Part shown: piece by piece, positions 11,153 to 24,624 of the stretch | How the letters are laid out: every line of letters begins with the position of its first letter | Position numbering within the stretch: position 1 is the stretch's first letter | Assembly (NCBI GenBank): GCA_021432655.1 | Contig: MU271184.1 | Coordinates: forward strand, 124,001-188,000 | DNA: 64,000 bases | Origin: Atractiella rhizophila | Lineage: Eukaryota | Direction: 5' to 3' | Program-made: the position numbers and the translations under genes | The notes under the pieces: generated by a model | What the model was told of the DNA's origin: nothing | What the model saw: the letters and a program-made list of their open reading frames with translations, nothing else | The model's database searches: none

Positions 11153-12719
11153 GGGGAGAATAGGTGTGTGGAGGACAGTGAGTTCCCTTATTATTCGATT
11201 TCTTCGACTTGACAGACGAGAATTTTAAAAGGTTGAGAAGCAGAAGGAGAAAGAGTTTTGGTCAAGCGTTAAGCGTTAGGGCACGGGGTCTGTGTTAACT
11301 TTATGCAGACATCAGATGTTAAAGTTTACAGTTTACACCTTTGTTCTCCGCTGTTTATCGGCCATTCGAGGTCGTTATCAATGGCTGTCAGCCGATAAAC
11401 CTTCATTCCTGGCGACTTGCGATCCTAAATATGGTTGGGAACGCTGGAATAGTTGGCAGGTTTGTGCTTTCTAGAAATTGATATCCTTCCTGAGGTTATT
11501 TGGTCAGTGTGCTTTATAGACTTTCAACGATATTCTTTGATCATTCTCTTGACCGCCCGAGAAGAGGATCCGTTTGGCTTGTTCATTCTTCTCAGTTAGA
11601 AGCGATGGACATAATTAAGCTCGATATATTGGAGTAATCAAGGTAAGGAACGGACTGTCGTAAGGCTTCCGTATCCCCCACATTCACTGGTGTACCCGTG
11701 CTACCCAGGGGCGAACCCGAAAAGGTGTTCTAGGTGTTTCTCAAATAAATCGACATTGCCTGATACACTCTCGAGCGTCCGTCCTCTTCGTCTGCTAGGC
11801 AATCAAAATTTTTGGAAGCGGACAAAAATAGCAGGTCATTGATTCAAAATGTTGACTTTTAGCCACATCCGCCTACACCCTTAAACCTACTCCTGGTGAG
11901 AGAGAAAGCTTTAGAACATCCCTCCCCATTTTCGTATCGTCTCTACAGCCCTAACCGCCACCACCTGGAATCTCCTAAAGGCGTTAAACTTGAAGTGTTG
12001 ATAAGGGCATTAACACACGACACATGGTCCCCAAATATAGAGCTCCGTTGACTATAGTCTGTACGGTCTGAAATATGATCACCCGGCAACAAAGAATATT
12101 GCCCCTCATGAAGAAGCGATTTCAAACAGTTGTCTGTTCTAAGGCTCCTTTAGAGCATACCCCACAGGCAGATAGTCCCGGGATGAGCAACAGTTTTAGG
12201 TTTGGGACACTTGCTGTGACTATGTGGCCTGCACCGTATGACTTACAGGAAAGAGCCATACTTGGACGATGCACCAGCAAGCAGTAACCCTCCTTTTTTC
12301 GCTGTACTATACAATCCAAAACAGTACTCCGTGCTCGCCTGAGTGACAACTCAGAATCGAGGGTAAACAAATTCATTGCACCATGAGCCTGAGGGCATGC
12401 AAGAGGTAAACGGACACAGAAGCATGACGGAGACCAGGCTGTGCTCCGAAGCGACGCACGTAGGCACACAGAAAGGGAGATGTGAAACTGAAGAGCATGG
12501 AACGAAGTAGAAATGGCTCAATCATGAAAATGAGGTCAAGAATGCCCCAAGTCCATTTCCTGGCAGCGGTCATTGTGGCCCCCTTTCCTCTTCCCGTTTG
12601 AACTAAGGGCTGCATGTATGTCCATTCTACCCATGAGCCTTCTCGAGCTTGAGCTTTCAGGAGCAGGATTTGCTGGTCGCACCGGGAAGTGGTTGACAGT
12701 AAAGTTGGGGGAAATGCGA

Positions 12720-13885
12720 AAGCTAGCGGTTGACGCAATCCATGGTCGAATCGTCAGGAAGGAGTTGGTCTTCGGTTGCATGTGGAGAAGAGTCGCCGGG
12801 AGACCTGTCGGCTTCTGGAATGAGCTGGATACTTTTCGTTGCAGTGTACGACGGATTGGGACCAAGCGACTCCAGAAGCCGTCCTTCGGAGAAAGATGGC
12901 TCTAGTCGTACAGTTTTCAACACTCGAAGATTCGCGTCGCCCAGGATCCAAGGGTGTTGACAAGCTTCTGCAACGCTCATCCGCTCGTCTACCCTTTGTC
13001 TGCATAGCCGATGGAGGAAGTCGCAACCTGTACATCACTTTAACACTCGCAGCAATGTATCAATGAGATCTGTCATACATTCGGGAGAAGTACCCTCCGG
13101 GAAATCCTTCGTCTTTAGAACACGCCTTTCAAGACGCGTGGCAAGAGGCACTTCCGAGTTTTCGCGGTCGAAAGGAATGGCATTGATCATGCAGGAGAAG
13201 ATGACGAGGCCTAGAGCCCATGCATCACATTTATCGGTATACTGACCAAATTCCTTCGCGATGGCCTCTGGGGCCAACCTTTACAGATCCATTATCAGCA
13301 ACGGGGTCAAAAAGGGTAGCAAGGAGAGGTGTACCAAGTCATCCTCAACTCGCTTTCCTGAACCATCCTCGCTAAGCCAAAATCTGCAATCTTCACGACA
13401 GGGTTTATTCCATGAGTAATGAGAATGCTACCCGGCTTGAGATCCCGGTGAACAATCTTTTTGGCGTGAAAGGCAGCGATAGCTGGGAAGAGCATCTTAG
13501 CAATCTGCCTCGCGTCTTCCTCGAATAAACCTCCGCGTTTTGAGACATAACTGAGGAGGTCTCCACCATTGACGTATTCCAGGACCAGACAAAGGTCATC
13601 GCCATCGTCAAAGCATTCGATAAGCTTGACGACGTTTGGATGGTTAATCTCGTTGAGGATCGCCATCTCTTTCTCAAACATTCCTTTGCTCGTTTCAGAC
13701 TTCAGCCTCGACTTCTTGAAGTGCTTCACGGCTCGTACATTGCTCGTCCCACGCTCGATCACGCGACATACCTTCCCAAAAGAATCCCTGTCACAATGAA
13801 GTAAATATGAGACGACATAGCGAGAAAGTGAGCTGCGGACATTCCAATAGGGATTGATTTATTGGTGTCAGCTTCATACCTAAAC
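12720..13885 (-). CDS. Rad53/Chk2(CAMK)-like Ser/Thr kinase domain, probable pseudokinase (copy 1, no FHA seen)
   Basis: DSFGKV, RAVKHF, EKEMAIL, HPNVVKL, HRDLKPGSIL, KIADFGLA, LAPE, DAWALG, ERMSVAEACQHPWI across GT-AG introns. Confidence 0.85.
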
Positions 13886-15941
13886 TTGGTTTGACGCACT
13901 GTGGATCATGTGCGGATCTGCCTTTACATTCTTTCAAAGAAACGCGGCGAACTATTGGCCATTGCTGTGACGCGCATCGTGATCGCGGGAAGTTCTTGTC
14001 GACATAGGATTCTGTAGGGCGTACCCGGGCCCACGGTGGGACGCAAAGCTCTTCTACGTTCAGAAGCCAGTAAGCGATTCGGAACCACCTTTACGGGTTC
14101 GCCCGCGTGCAGCACAGACAGATCTATGCCCAACCTCGTGATCGTAAGCTCCATTCTTCTCCAAGGCTTCCCAACCAGAAGCCAGCGCTCCGAATGTCAA
14201 ACATGGGTGAACCCGTACCGTTCACGGACGAACCCGTGCGAGGTATTCACGAAGTAAGATGGACTCTCGGGTGGACCCGAAAAGGACGATTTATGTCTGT
14301 TTTCGAGTCGACTAAGAAGCTGGTCGTTTGCGAACTCTCTGCTCTTCTACTCCTCGGCGTCACGGACTGGTCCGTTCTTTTCCCCTTCTTCAGTTGGCTT
14401 TAGACGTTGCAGTTCGCGGAATCCAGATGAACTTGTGGAACCTTTGGTGGAACTCATTGTAAAACTTGCGCAAATTTCTAAGGACATCAAACCCGTATGA
14501 TCTCAGCAATTTCCGTAGCTCGAAGCTTTTGGGATCTTTGGTTTTGGGATCTTTGGTCGTGTCGGCTTCCAACTCCGCTAACAACTTTTTCCTCATGGAC
14601 CACTTTCACCGTAACCTCAATTTATGTGTCTCTCTCGCCACTGATCCTCCGCCAGGCCCTCTCAACCCAACGAGTCCAATTGCTCCCACCCAAAAGTGCC
14701 TCCATCATCCGCCTCCTGGAGTCAACCAGGTTAATTGGTCCTTCCCTTGAGTCTCCAATCAATTTTCTCTCAGTTCATCCATAATGCATTTTGTATGGAA
14801 GTCGGCAACCCATCGTGACGGATGCTATATCGTTCGGTGATCCATCAATAATGCGACAGGATTGCACAGGAATCAATTCATCGAGAGGATTACCAAACCA
14901 AACCTTGCACACGGTTTAACCGGCGACGCTACGAGTATATTCCAAACCTCCACCACCGCTTCTTTGTGGACATCCACGGCTCGCGCCGTAGCCGCGAAGG
15001 CGAAGGGGCTGTGTTCGCTTTGCTTTTTCGGAGCTCTTTATGCCTGCTGACCCATGGTTGGGGTTGCTCTTCTTGTTCATGCAGAAGCAAAAAAATTGCG
15101 GGTCTTTGCGGTTGAAAAGAAATTGAGATAGGATCATCATGAATCAAAGTGAGATTGAATAAAGAAGGGGATTTCCATAAATCTTCCAAGAGTGCCGGCG
15201 CGGATACCGACATCCCCTCTGCCTGCTGCTGTTGTGATGTTGTGTCGGGGGAAATAATTGAGGACTCCTTCTCGTCTTCTCGACTTCTTTCACGCAGAGG
15301 CAAAGTTCCTTTCGGGTCCACCCTAGGGACGGAAAGCTCCTTCTAGGCTCAGAACCCTGTTTCCCATCATACTTCGAGCACGGGTCGACCCGAAGCTGTG
15401 TTTCCAGAAGTGAGGAACGAACGCGGACAACGCGGTCTTCGAAAGCGGAACAAATTCCTCGACTCAACTGCCACCTTCGAGCTTCGACTTTACATCTTCC
15501 TGTGCTCCATCCGTGCTACAGGGTGAATTACGGGTGGACCCGTGTTAAGCACGGCCCACTCCGTGCTGGTGCCCTGATCGAACACCATAGACAAGTCGGC
15601 GACCAAGTCCACTCTTCGCGTTCGTTCAGTGAACGACGGCCGACGAAGAGAACGCTGAAATCCGCACAGAGAGAGCACAATATTTGGTTATTCTTCTGCT
15701 GCCTACTTTCCAAATTTTTTGACACTCGATTCAAACATGCTTTAAGATTTAGATTCAACATGTTTGAATTCAGGGAAAATGCAATTCATGTCTCGTCCAT
15801 CGCGTCTGAACTGTGGAGTTCACCCATTCTCGATTTAGCTCGTGGGATGAGGGTAGAGCGGTTGATGGGGTGACGGGGGTTTGGATATGATGCTATTGGA
15901 CCTATCTGGGGACATCGCCGTTCAGTTTCTCTCCGCTATAA

Positions 15942-17621
15942 ATGGGCGGCGTCGTGAAGCCAGGTACACAGAAAACTGAAGAGGAAGTCAAAATGATTCC
16001 GAGCAATACCTTGAGTAATACTGCAGAATATTACAGAAACGAGGCTGGGAGAACTTACCACGCCAAAGGGGGAGCTTCATACGTCTACCCGTACGCTCTC
16101 GCTTGCTTCTGTCAACAGGAATGAACGAATTTCTTTGAAGTTGCGACGAAGCGGAGTATAGACGGTTCGTTTTGTCCCTCTTCCTCCAAGTCGCCTGATT
16201 GACTCAGTGCTAGACAAAAAATACTGCACGAGGTTTGTCCAGTCTTTCCTTTAGCCACCAGCTCAACTTCAAACAGGAACTAAAAGCTCGTCTAAGTCTG
16301 TCTCCTTTAATCAACAAGATACAGTTCCTGCTGAGCCATATGGTTGACAGATGGCAGCAACTGGATGTTGGAAATCAGGCTCCATTCCCTCCGCGTTATT
16401 GATCCCGAGATAGGAACGACTAGGTTGGGCGGCCCAAAAGGCGCTCTAGACATTGGTGCCAGCCTTCATCATTTAGCGTGCCGAGCAACTGACCAAACGC
16501 CAGGCTGCGGTACAGGCTGCGTGTCTATCGAGCTGGCGGATGAGTTTCCTCATGCTCGAGTAACAGGGTACGCGTCCGCATTATGTCAATTTCTGCAAAA
16601 AAAAAAAAAAGACTCGCATGCGGACGACGTTCCTGATTATATGGGAATTTGTTCAGTTTCGACCTCGTACCTAGTTACCCGATAGAAGTCCCTCCAAACT
16701 GCCACTTCTTAATTGACGACGTGTCCCGTGGTTTAGATTATCCAGCAGTGAGTCTAAATTCTCGCCTCTGCTGATCACAACCATACAAGGTACTGAACCT
16801 TGACAGGACTCTTTTGATTTCATCTATATCCGGTGCGCGCGCTTGGAAACCCAACCCAGTAAAACATTACTAATCGTAACAAGGTAGAGACCTGGCTTCA
16901 GGAGTGGGCCGACATTTCCTATAATTTCTGATGAAAATTTGAGCCATTTTCCAGATATCCGAATATGGGAAACTGCTCGCAGAATGTGCTTTTTCGCTTC
17001 GGGGAGGGGGAATCTTACACGTTTTGGAACCTGCGGGCTTTTTCTCGCCCTCTTCCACGCTTTACACCTCCTTGAGCGAATTCAATGAACTTGTGAAAGT
17101 GTTGCATTCTACAGTTAGTGGTCACGGAAATGTGGCCAGTAAACTACAAAATGAGGTGGAGCTTTTAAAAGGAATTTGTGAAGTTAAGGGTATGTTTTCA
17201 ATATTCCGATACGCGGTTGTTACAGAAAGCAAGACTGATATAAGGAGCAGCTCGTATAGTTGATATTCGTTCGTTTTTCTTCGATTCAAGTGTGTATCTA
17301 ACATCGTACGGGGAAAACTTAGCGCTTTGCGCATCCCCTAAGGCATCAGGTCCTCGCAGCAGCGCATCAGGGTCGGAAGAGGAAGAAGAAACCAAAATCA
17401 AAATGAGCGCGACCGCTGCCGCTTCTATGAGGGAGAGCATCCTTCTTCACTTCCATTCACTATCTCTTTCTTTCCAAAAATACCTTGGCATTTCGCCGTC
17501 TCGCTTGGAATCACTTGAACGAGCTCTGCGCGACGAACTGGAGCTCATGAAAAGTGAGACGACCAATAGCTGTGATGCGGTGGATAGGTGGATCGGGGTC
17601 ATAGCGATGAAGCGGATCTAG
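15942..17621 (+). CDS. SAM-dependent methyltransferase, LaeA-like/Methyltransf_23 type (many short introns)
   Basis: YYRNEAGRTYH..YVYP, CDEAEY, ALDIG/GCGTGCVSIELADEFPHARVTG, PPNCHFLIDDV, DSFDFIYIR, LRGGGILHVLE. Intactness not verified. Confidence 0.8.
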
Positions 17622-17916
17622 AAGATTAGAAGCTAGATCCCGTGCGATTGTTCCGTAGGAGCTGGTAGAAAGAGGACGTCTGCATTCCTGTTTGGATTCA
17701 TACCATCTCTGTAGCCACCGGTTCATGTCATCCATCGCATCATTCATCTTTGTTGTTGTCTTCTGCAGTTTGTGCGCGAGGAGTTGATGTAGATGCCAAA
17801 CGGGATCTATAGGTATCTAAAGGACGGATAAAGGGCGATTATGGGAGCTCACAACATGCTCCAGCCATGATAAAACGCGCTGCCTGGTTACTCCGATAGC
17901 GCTCACGTCCACAAAG

Positions 17917-20900
17917 CCCTGTCAAAAGTCCTTTCCGTCGTTTGTCGACATTTCCCGACCTTTTTACAACAATTTCCGTCCTGCTGGAATATGCAGGATA
18001 CACCGAAAATTATGGCCTGGGTTGCTGATTGTTTCCTGGATTTTCGGTAAGCAGAAAACATATTGAGAATGTATAATAGAATTAAATCAAATGTATAGAT
18101 TGTGAATAGCTGCATTTCCCTGTATTATCCTGCACCCCCTCCCCCCTCTTTCCCGGCCGTGCGCACCTCCTCCGTCATCAGATCCCCTACAAGTACCTCT
18201 GAAACCTATCTTCCCAACTCTTCTACGCTTTTCCATACAAGTCTGTCTTGCAGCGTATTATAACTGTCCCTCCGTCGTCGAGGGGACAAGGACAGGAGTC
18301 GTGCTATGATCATGAAGTGATGCGTTGAGGTCTTTGTACCGTTTGTTCCACATCTGAAACGGGTACTAGTAAGCGAATAGATTTCGTGGGATAGTAACAA
18401 TACCTCACCTGCTTTTCAGATTGAGAAAGCCGCTTGTACTCCTCTTTCCAGTCCGGTTCCAAGATGTTGCTGCCATCAGCACGTTCCTTTTCCCATTGTT
18501 CGATTCGAGAGCGCCGATACATCTCACTAAACAATGCGGTCTATTAGCCTCATGTGCCTTGAGACGAAGCTGGACCTGACCGCCCTCCTTGAATCCGCTT
18601 GACTGATGGTGGTGCACAGACGGCAGCTCCTCCCGTATTTGCCTACATTACACATGCCTGTTATCCACGTGTTAATCAAGGAAATAATGAACCTTGGCAT
18701 GTAGAGAAGCGGAAGCTGCAACGACGTTGTTGACTGCCATGGCATTGCCAAATGACCGCGCCGGGAGCACAGTTTTCTGGATGAATGGCACTGCAGAAGA
18801 TGGAACAGGGCTGCCTGTGCATCATGAGTTAGCGTACATCTACTTAGTCAAATGGCATGCAAAGTCCTACCAGGAGCAGGAATGTCCAACTTGACATTCC
18901 ACACACTGACAGACCCGCTGTACGTTAACACCTTTCGAGAACATCAGAATGGTCTTTGGTTGAGCTAGGGGGAAAGACAAACTGATTTCAACATCCCCTT
19001 GACACCTTCAGTAGAAATGTCACTGTCGGTCCTGACTGAATCCGACTTAGGCATGACGAGCCTATTCAAAGCAAAGGTACTTTAGCTGTCGCTGTGAGCT
19101 TGTGATCGAGGAGAAGTAGACAAACCATTAGCATCGGGGACAGTAGGATTCTGTAACCTGTAGCTAGTGGCGATGGAGGCATGGGAGATGTGGGATTATC
19201 GTTTAAATCGCAAGACAGAATAGCTGATGATACCTTGAACGCGGAGGGAAACCTTACTGGTTTCAGATTTCTTCACAAGCTCATTTTGAGGTTGGACTGA
19301 GGACCTGGCAGTGCTCCGTAAGGTAGGATCTAGAATGTCCTCGGAAGTAGTTCTTCTACATACTTTGTCAGAAAAGTGGAAGAGTTTCACAGAGAAGACG
19401 TACAATTGAGGAAAGACTTCAACGTTTCTTCCTTTATTCTCTTTGACTTTCAACTTCACTACCTTCTTCTTCTCCACTTCCTTTCTTCCGGGCACAGTTG
19501 TATCTTCTCGAAAGCAGCCATCGTGCCCCTGTGTCACGCTTTCCACCTGCTCTTCTACCTTAACCTGCTTTGCTGCCCGCCTATCTACCGCGTTGAGGTT
19601 CTCGAGCTGCCGATGCTTCAGTTCACGAAAGACGTGGTCCACCATGGCATGTCCTTGACACTGTGTAAGCTCAGGAAACTTGCACTCAAGAACGGCGATT
19701 CCATGAATTCGATGTACATGAGGGATCTTAGACCATGTCTTCCGGCAGTACAGAGGAGTGTTATCCTCAAGAATCTCCCTCGCTTCCTGCTTCAGATCAG
19801 CTATTCGCTCCGCAGTGACCTGTGCACCGCTCTTAGTCTTGAGCCATTCATACTTGCGCTTTTCCTTCTCTCTAGGAGGTAGCTTTGGGAACAATGTCCG
19901 CCATTTCTTGAAATCGTCAAAAGTGAAGTAGGGAATATGAGCAGGCTTTTCTCGGGCAGGCGGAGGCAGTTGGGAGTCACATACTGTTGCGGAATGTCGA
20001 AGTTATTTAGTTTGGGCATCTGGACCAATGTAGTGGAGGAAACTGCAGGTATAAGAGAAGTATTGGAGGTTAGGTTACAGATAGCCATCCTTCAACCCAT
20101 AGTTATGCCCCACAGATTAAACGAAAGATTTGTTGATACGTACTGTAGAGATTCATTAAGTCCTCTCAACCGTTCCACCTCCTTGACTAAACGTAGATAT
20201 ACCACATTTCCAGATATTCCTAAGGTATGCTCGTCCGCATTTCTGACCAACGTGATCTCAGAATGAGATAAGTGCCTTAATTGTGTCTGAACACGTAAGA
20301 CTGTTGTATTGATGGAGGGTGGCACGACGGCAGAGTCTGGTAGATGGCTGTGGGGCGTAATGGCTGCCAGGGGAGATTGTGTTGGCGTTAGGACGGTGAG
20401 ATGTTCATACGGGTCATAACCTGTACATCCCACCAAATAATTCATGATATGAAGAGAATGTGATGAAATACCATACCTTCCCCTAAATCATCCAAGCCAT
20501 TGTTATCACTCCATATTTCTTCTTCCTCATCTGAAAGGGATAGAGTATTCGAGCGTTTAGTAGCAGACATGTACTTCTCAGCTTTAAAGGTATATGTCAG
20601 AATGAAGGAGATTGTCGAGTTGAAAAAAAATGAAGTAGGGAAGTAGGCAACACATGTGAGCAAGTTCACTATGTATCCATTCCACAACTCCTCTCACTGC
20701 CTCAAGTCATGTCATGGACAGTGCAGAAGATGCCCTAGATTGGGCATGTGACTGTGGCAAATACTGTGGGGGGGAGTGGAGAAGAGTAGCGAAGAGGACA
20801 TTTGATTGGCATGCACGATATCGTGAGGCAGATCTTGGTGGGATTGATGGATACGAGGAGGAGGAGGAAGAAGAGATGGCCAGAAACAGCGAAGGTGAGG

Positions 20901-21610
20901 AGGAGCAAGATTCCTATGCACGCACATTCAATAGAGGAACCAGCGTACAGATTTGACTGAAAGATACCTTTGTCTAAATCCTCTGTTAGGCTGTTCATTC
21001 CACTGATGCTTCCACTACAGCTCCGGAAGGTGAACAGGACCCTATTGAGGCCATTCTTGCTGAGGTGGAGCAGGTCGAATTGCGAAGACTCGTACGTGAT
21101 GGCTTTGCACGACCAACTGTTGGAAATGAAGGAGAGGAAGAACCTAAGGATGACTTATCTGAAAAAGACTCAACAGATCTAGAAGAAGAGGACTCTTCAG
21201 ATGGAGAGGAGGGAACTGGGCTGGCAGGAGTGGGAGAGATGGATGAGCGTGGGCCGATCAACTGAATAAAATCTTGAAGTTTGCTGATTATTCCGGAAAA
21301 GTGGATGATAGGGTTTCTAACCTCCTGCTGAGTGACGAGCAGCTTGTACGCCTTTTACACGAGCAGAAAGTGGTTCAGGAAGCCGAGCGTCGAGTTCACG
21401 ATGTTAAAGACGAAGAAAAGTACAGATATACACCTTTATCTCGTGAACAAATCATATCGCTCGAGCTTTTCATGATGTGCCATGGTCGTGCTGCTGGTTG
21501 CCTTTATGACGATCTGCGTCTCTGGATAGAGGATCGATTTCAAACTCCTACCCTCTTTCTTGACCGAATCAAGCGCCTTGTTAGGAATCAAAGCCGTATC
21601 AATTTCTTCA
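17917..21610. mobile_element. Truncated CACTA/CMC element: terminus, accessory gene (-), 5' part of transposase (+)
   Basis: Begins CCCTGTCAAAA. 21274-21610 (YTPLSREQIISLELFMMCHGRAAG..YDDL) is homologous to the transposase N-terminus at 48698-49020. 19196-19894(-) is homologous to 46921-47238(-). Confidence 0.7.
18200..20570 (-). pseudogene. CACTA accessory gene (multi-exon; WL..G..V..E / FPEL..C..H domain, Cys-rich segment, HMG-like tail)
   Basis: ORFs 20092-20445, 19196-19894, 18310-18534. Paralogous segments at 661-1023 and 46921-47238. Confidence 0.55.
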
Positions 21611-22024
21611 TAAGAACAGATGATGCAGCCTTCTCGACATTTTTAACTTTTAGTTTCCTAACTCAAAACCGCTCCAAATAGCCATTCTTGTGAAAATTTT
21701 GTCTGTATCACGTGATTTTACCTCAACTATTGAGCAGATTTCCCTTTATCACCAGTAGTGACTGGCCGTCGCCAAGCGTTAAATTTCAACCAAGTTTGTA
21801 TTTCATACAAGTCAAAAAGGCCAATTCGGCAATATCAGGGCAATATCACTGCTATTGGCGAGTAATTTTCAGCAAGAAAATTAGCTTTGCACAACTTTGC
21901 ACTATGGCCGTAGTCCGTCGTATCGTGCCGTTTTTTGCCGGAATCATCCGTCTCAAAGTTTGAAGAGTACGGTACGATACGGGCCGGGATGGGGTCACGT
22001 ACCGTCGGGATATGCTCATCCCTA
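21611..22024 (-). mobile_element. hAT-like terminal fragment truncating the CACTA transposase
   Basis: Ends TGCTCATCCCTA (= TAGGGATGAGCA, Ac-like TIR) with CCG/CGG-rich subterminal motifs. Partner TIR not found. Confidence 0.45.
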
Positions 22025-22136
22025 GGACTTGCAGGATCTGACGATCTAGGCAGCGAACGACGCAAACCACACATCTCATTAATCTCATTTCCCTTGATGA
22101 AGATCCTATCGACGACAGACGACGTCTGTAGCTATC

Positions 22137-23833
22137 ATGTCCACTGACATAACAGCGGCATGGAAAGGGAGAACGTCAGTGAAAAAAGGCAAAAAAGGCA
22201 AAAAGAATGCCTTGAAAAGTGCTAGGGAGGGGATTTCAAAACTCCCCAAACTAAGCGGCGACTTTGGTTCTGTTGTACGCTGCTCTTCTTTTTACTTTCT
22301 TGCTTGCTTATGCTTATGCTTAAGTTGTTACAGAGGAGGTATGACTGGGAGGTTATTTTGCGAGGAGAAATGGTACAACTGCACCCAGTGCAAAGGCCTG
22401 AATCTGGGTGGACTGTTTGTCCAGGTCTTGCCTGCAATCTGAGACTGAGTGCACGCACCATACAGGTCAACTTGTATTTCCACAAGCAATCAGATACGAA
22501 CTCCTTGACAGTGAATTTGGAGACTACGGCCAACGGGTTCTATTGGGCCACCGTCCATGTAAGCTGCTTCCGTGATCGATCGTACATGGTTGACTGGATA
22601 GATATAGATCTCCGGGATTCACGTTACCTCATATGAAAGTTGCGGTTGCGTGCAAAGGAACCAGAGTTGCAATCTACCAAACAATTGCATGATAGAGAAG
22701 CTAGGTGCCAATCATCGGCTTTTGGATGAAAAGAACTGAAGATAGTTCTCAACAGATTATCTTACAGCGCGACTTACTTTACGAGTGCTAGCGTTATGCA
22801 GCAGCACCTTACTAGGTGTGGAGCGCCTGTCATCTCTGCGACTTCTTTTGTCGAACCAGTTACAACTTTTTGATAACCCACGGTATGCAAATGTTGCGTT
22901 CGTATTCGAGCGAGATGGCAAAACCCTCAAGATTACGCTTCAACCCAGCAGCTCCAAACTGCAAGCGAATATTTTTCTGACAGTGAGCATTTCGGAGTCC
23001 CCTGACTCCACATTTGCAGCGCTCAGGGAGGTGGGATAGTGTTTGCCTCTGGGGGATTCGAAGCTGGTTCAGAAGGCTTGGATGAGGAAGACTCGGATAT
23101 CGAAGTGGATTGTCGCTTGCTCGAGGCTGTTCAAGTTGATGTCGGTCACTCCGTTTCTTTCTGGAAAAACGTCGCTCATCCCTTCGAAAGGAAAGTGAAA
23201 CACCAACCGAGTCACACCCAGTTACGGAAATCAAGACAACTAGAACCTGCTATTCTACTTTCCGAGCTTTGCTTTATTACCTCTTGTCACGGTGAGTCTT
23301 TATTCATCCAGGGCATGTTGTTTCACAGGACAAATGTAGAGAGATATCTTTCAAACAGCTTAGATCTAGCAAAGACCACCTAGCAACAGCGTTCGATGAC
23401 AGCCTGAACATTGAATCCGCTTCCTGGCCGAAGGCTCCAGTCCCTGTTTCCCCAAAATCGATGTACAGGCTGGCAGATGGTAAGCAATGTCTTGTTCGAT
23501 GAACTGACTCATTCCTTCAGAACATTCTATTATGGAATTGCGAAAACTTGCTGGGGAACACATCTCGACAGTCTCACGGTAAAGGGGATCATGGACGAAG
23601 TTTTTTCAATTTTTTCCAGCAAATACCATGAAATCAGAAGAATTCAGATCAGTTACTTGGTGCAGCACTGGGTATAGTTAGGAATCCATTTTGATGTACA
23701 AATGCTAACAAAGTATTAGGATGAGGTAACAAAAACTTCAGCCTACGAAAGATTTCTGGAGGGAGAAGACATATCTTTCTTCATTCTGGCGGAAATTATG
23801 AAGGAAAAGTCAAACCAAGCAAAGGTCTCATGA
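22137..23833 (+). pseudogene. BTB/POZ-domain protein (multi-exon, apparently disrupted)
   Basis: LFDNPRYANVAFVF, MFASGGFE, YSTFRALLYYL, PKSMYRLAD, LTVKGIMDEVFSIFSSKYHEIRRIQISYLVQHW. Stops and frameshifts near 22700-23400. Confidence 0.7.
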
Positions 23834-24624
23834 CGTGTAAGAGCAGTGGCATCGATTCTATGTTGTGAGGGGTAATGAATTGCAGAATGGTCTTTTATAT
23901 CCTTCTTGAAAGCCTCATGATACAATTCTAGCATACTGTTTTAGGCAATAGCGTGTGCCACCGAATAACCTTTCGTAACCCTCCTAAGAAAACTGCGTTG
24001 ATAGAACGCGATGCTCTCGTACGAAAGGATCAGGCTGATGGAATACGGTCTCAAAGATCTTCCTCTCAACCTCGAACCTGAAGAAACATCTGGCCCAAGA
24101 ACTGACCTACTCAGACATGATCAGGATCCCTATGATAGCCAAACCTGGCGGGCAGGATCATAAATGAACCCTATATAGGTCCAATATCTGATGATGCCTG
24201 TGTTATGGTAGAATTTTTGAGACAAACACGCTTGGTGAAGCAAAGGAAGTTTATGAATTGTGAACTTAGTTAGCAGGTGCCAACAATAACTAGCGCACAT
24301 GAGTAAACAAAATAAGTACGAAATGCATAACGGGAAGGATAACAACTATGATGTTAACCCCACATGGGAGGTAGAGTGAATCTGTTCTCCACACATTGTG
24401 GAGGTGGTTGTTGTCAACCTCGTCAAGCTTCGGTGACCTCTTGAGCTGCCGAAAGTGACAATCTGCTCAATTGAAATGTCAACCCTTGTGTGTCATAGAA
24501 GCCGTCAGTTAAACGTTAGCTAGATGCTTGTATTGATCGCATTCACAAATTTCCTCCTTCCATATGGAGCTGTCAAATTTCAAGGCCATGGATCAAACAT
24601 GGATTAGGGTAACAATTCAGAAAG

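Noticed and set aside
11706..11895. Possible hAT MITE starting CAGGGGCGAACCC
   Set aside because: The matching end is poor and there is no TSD
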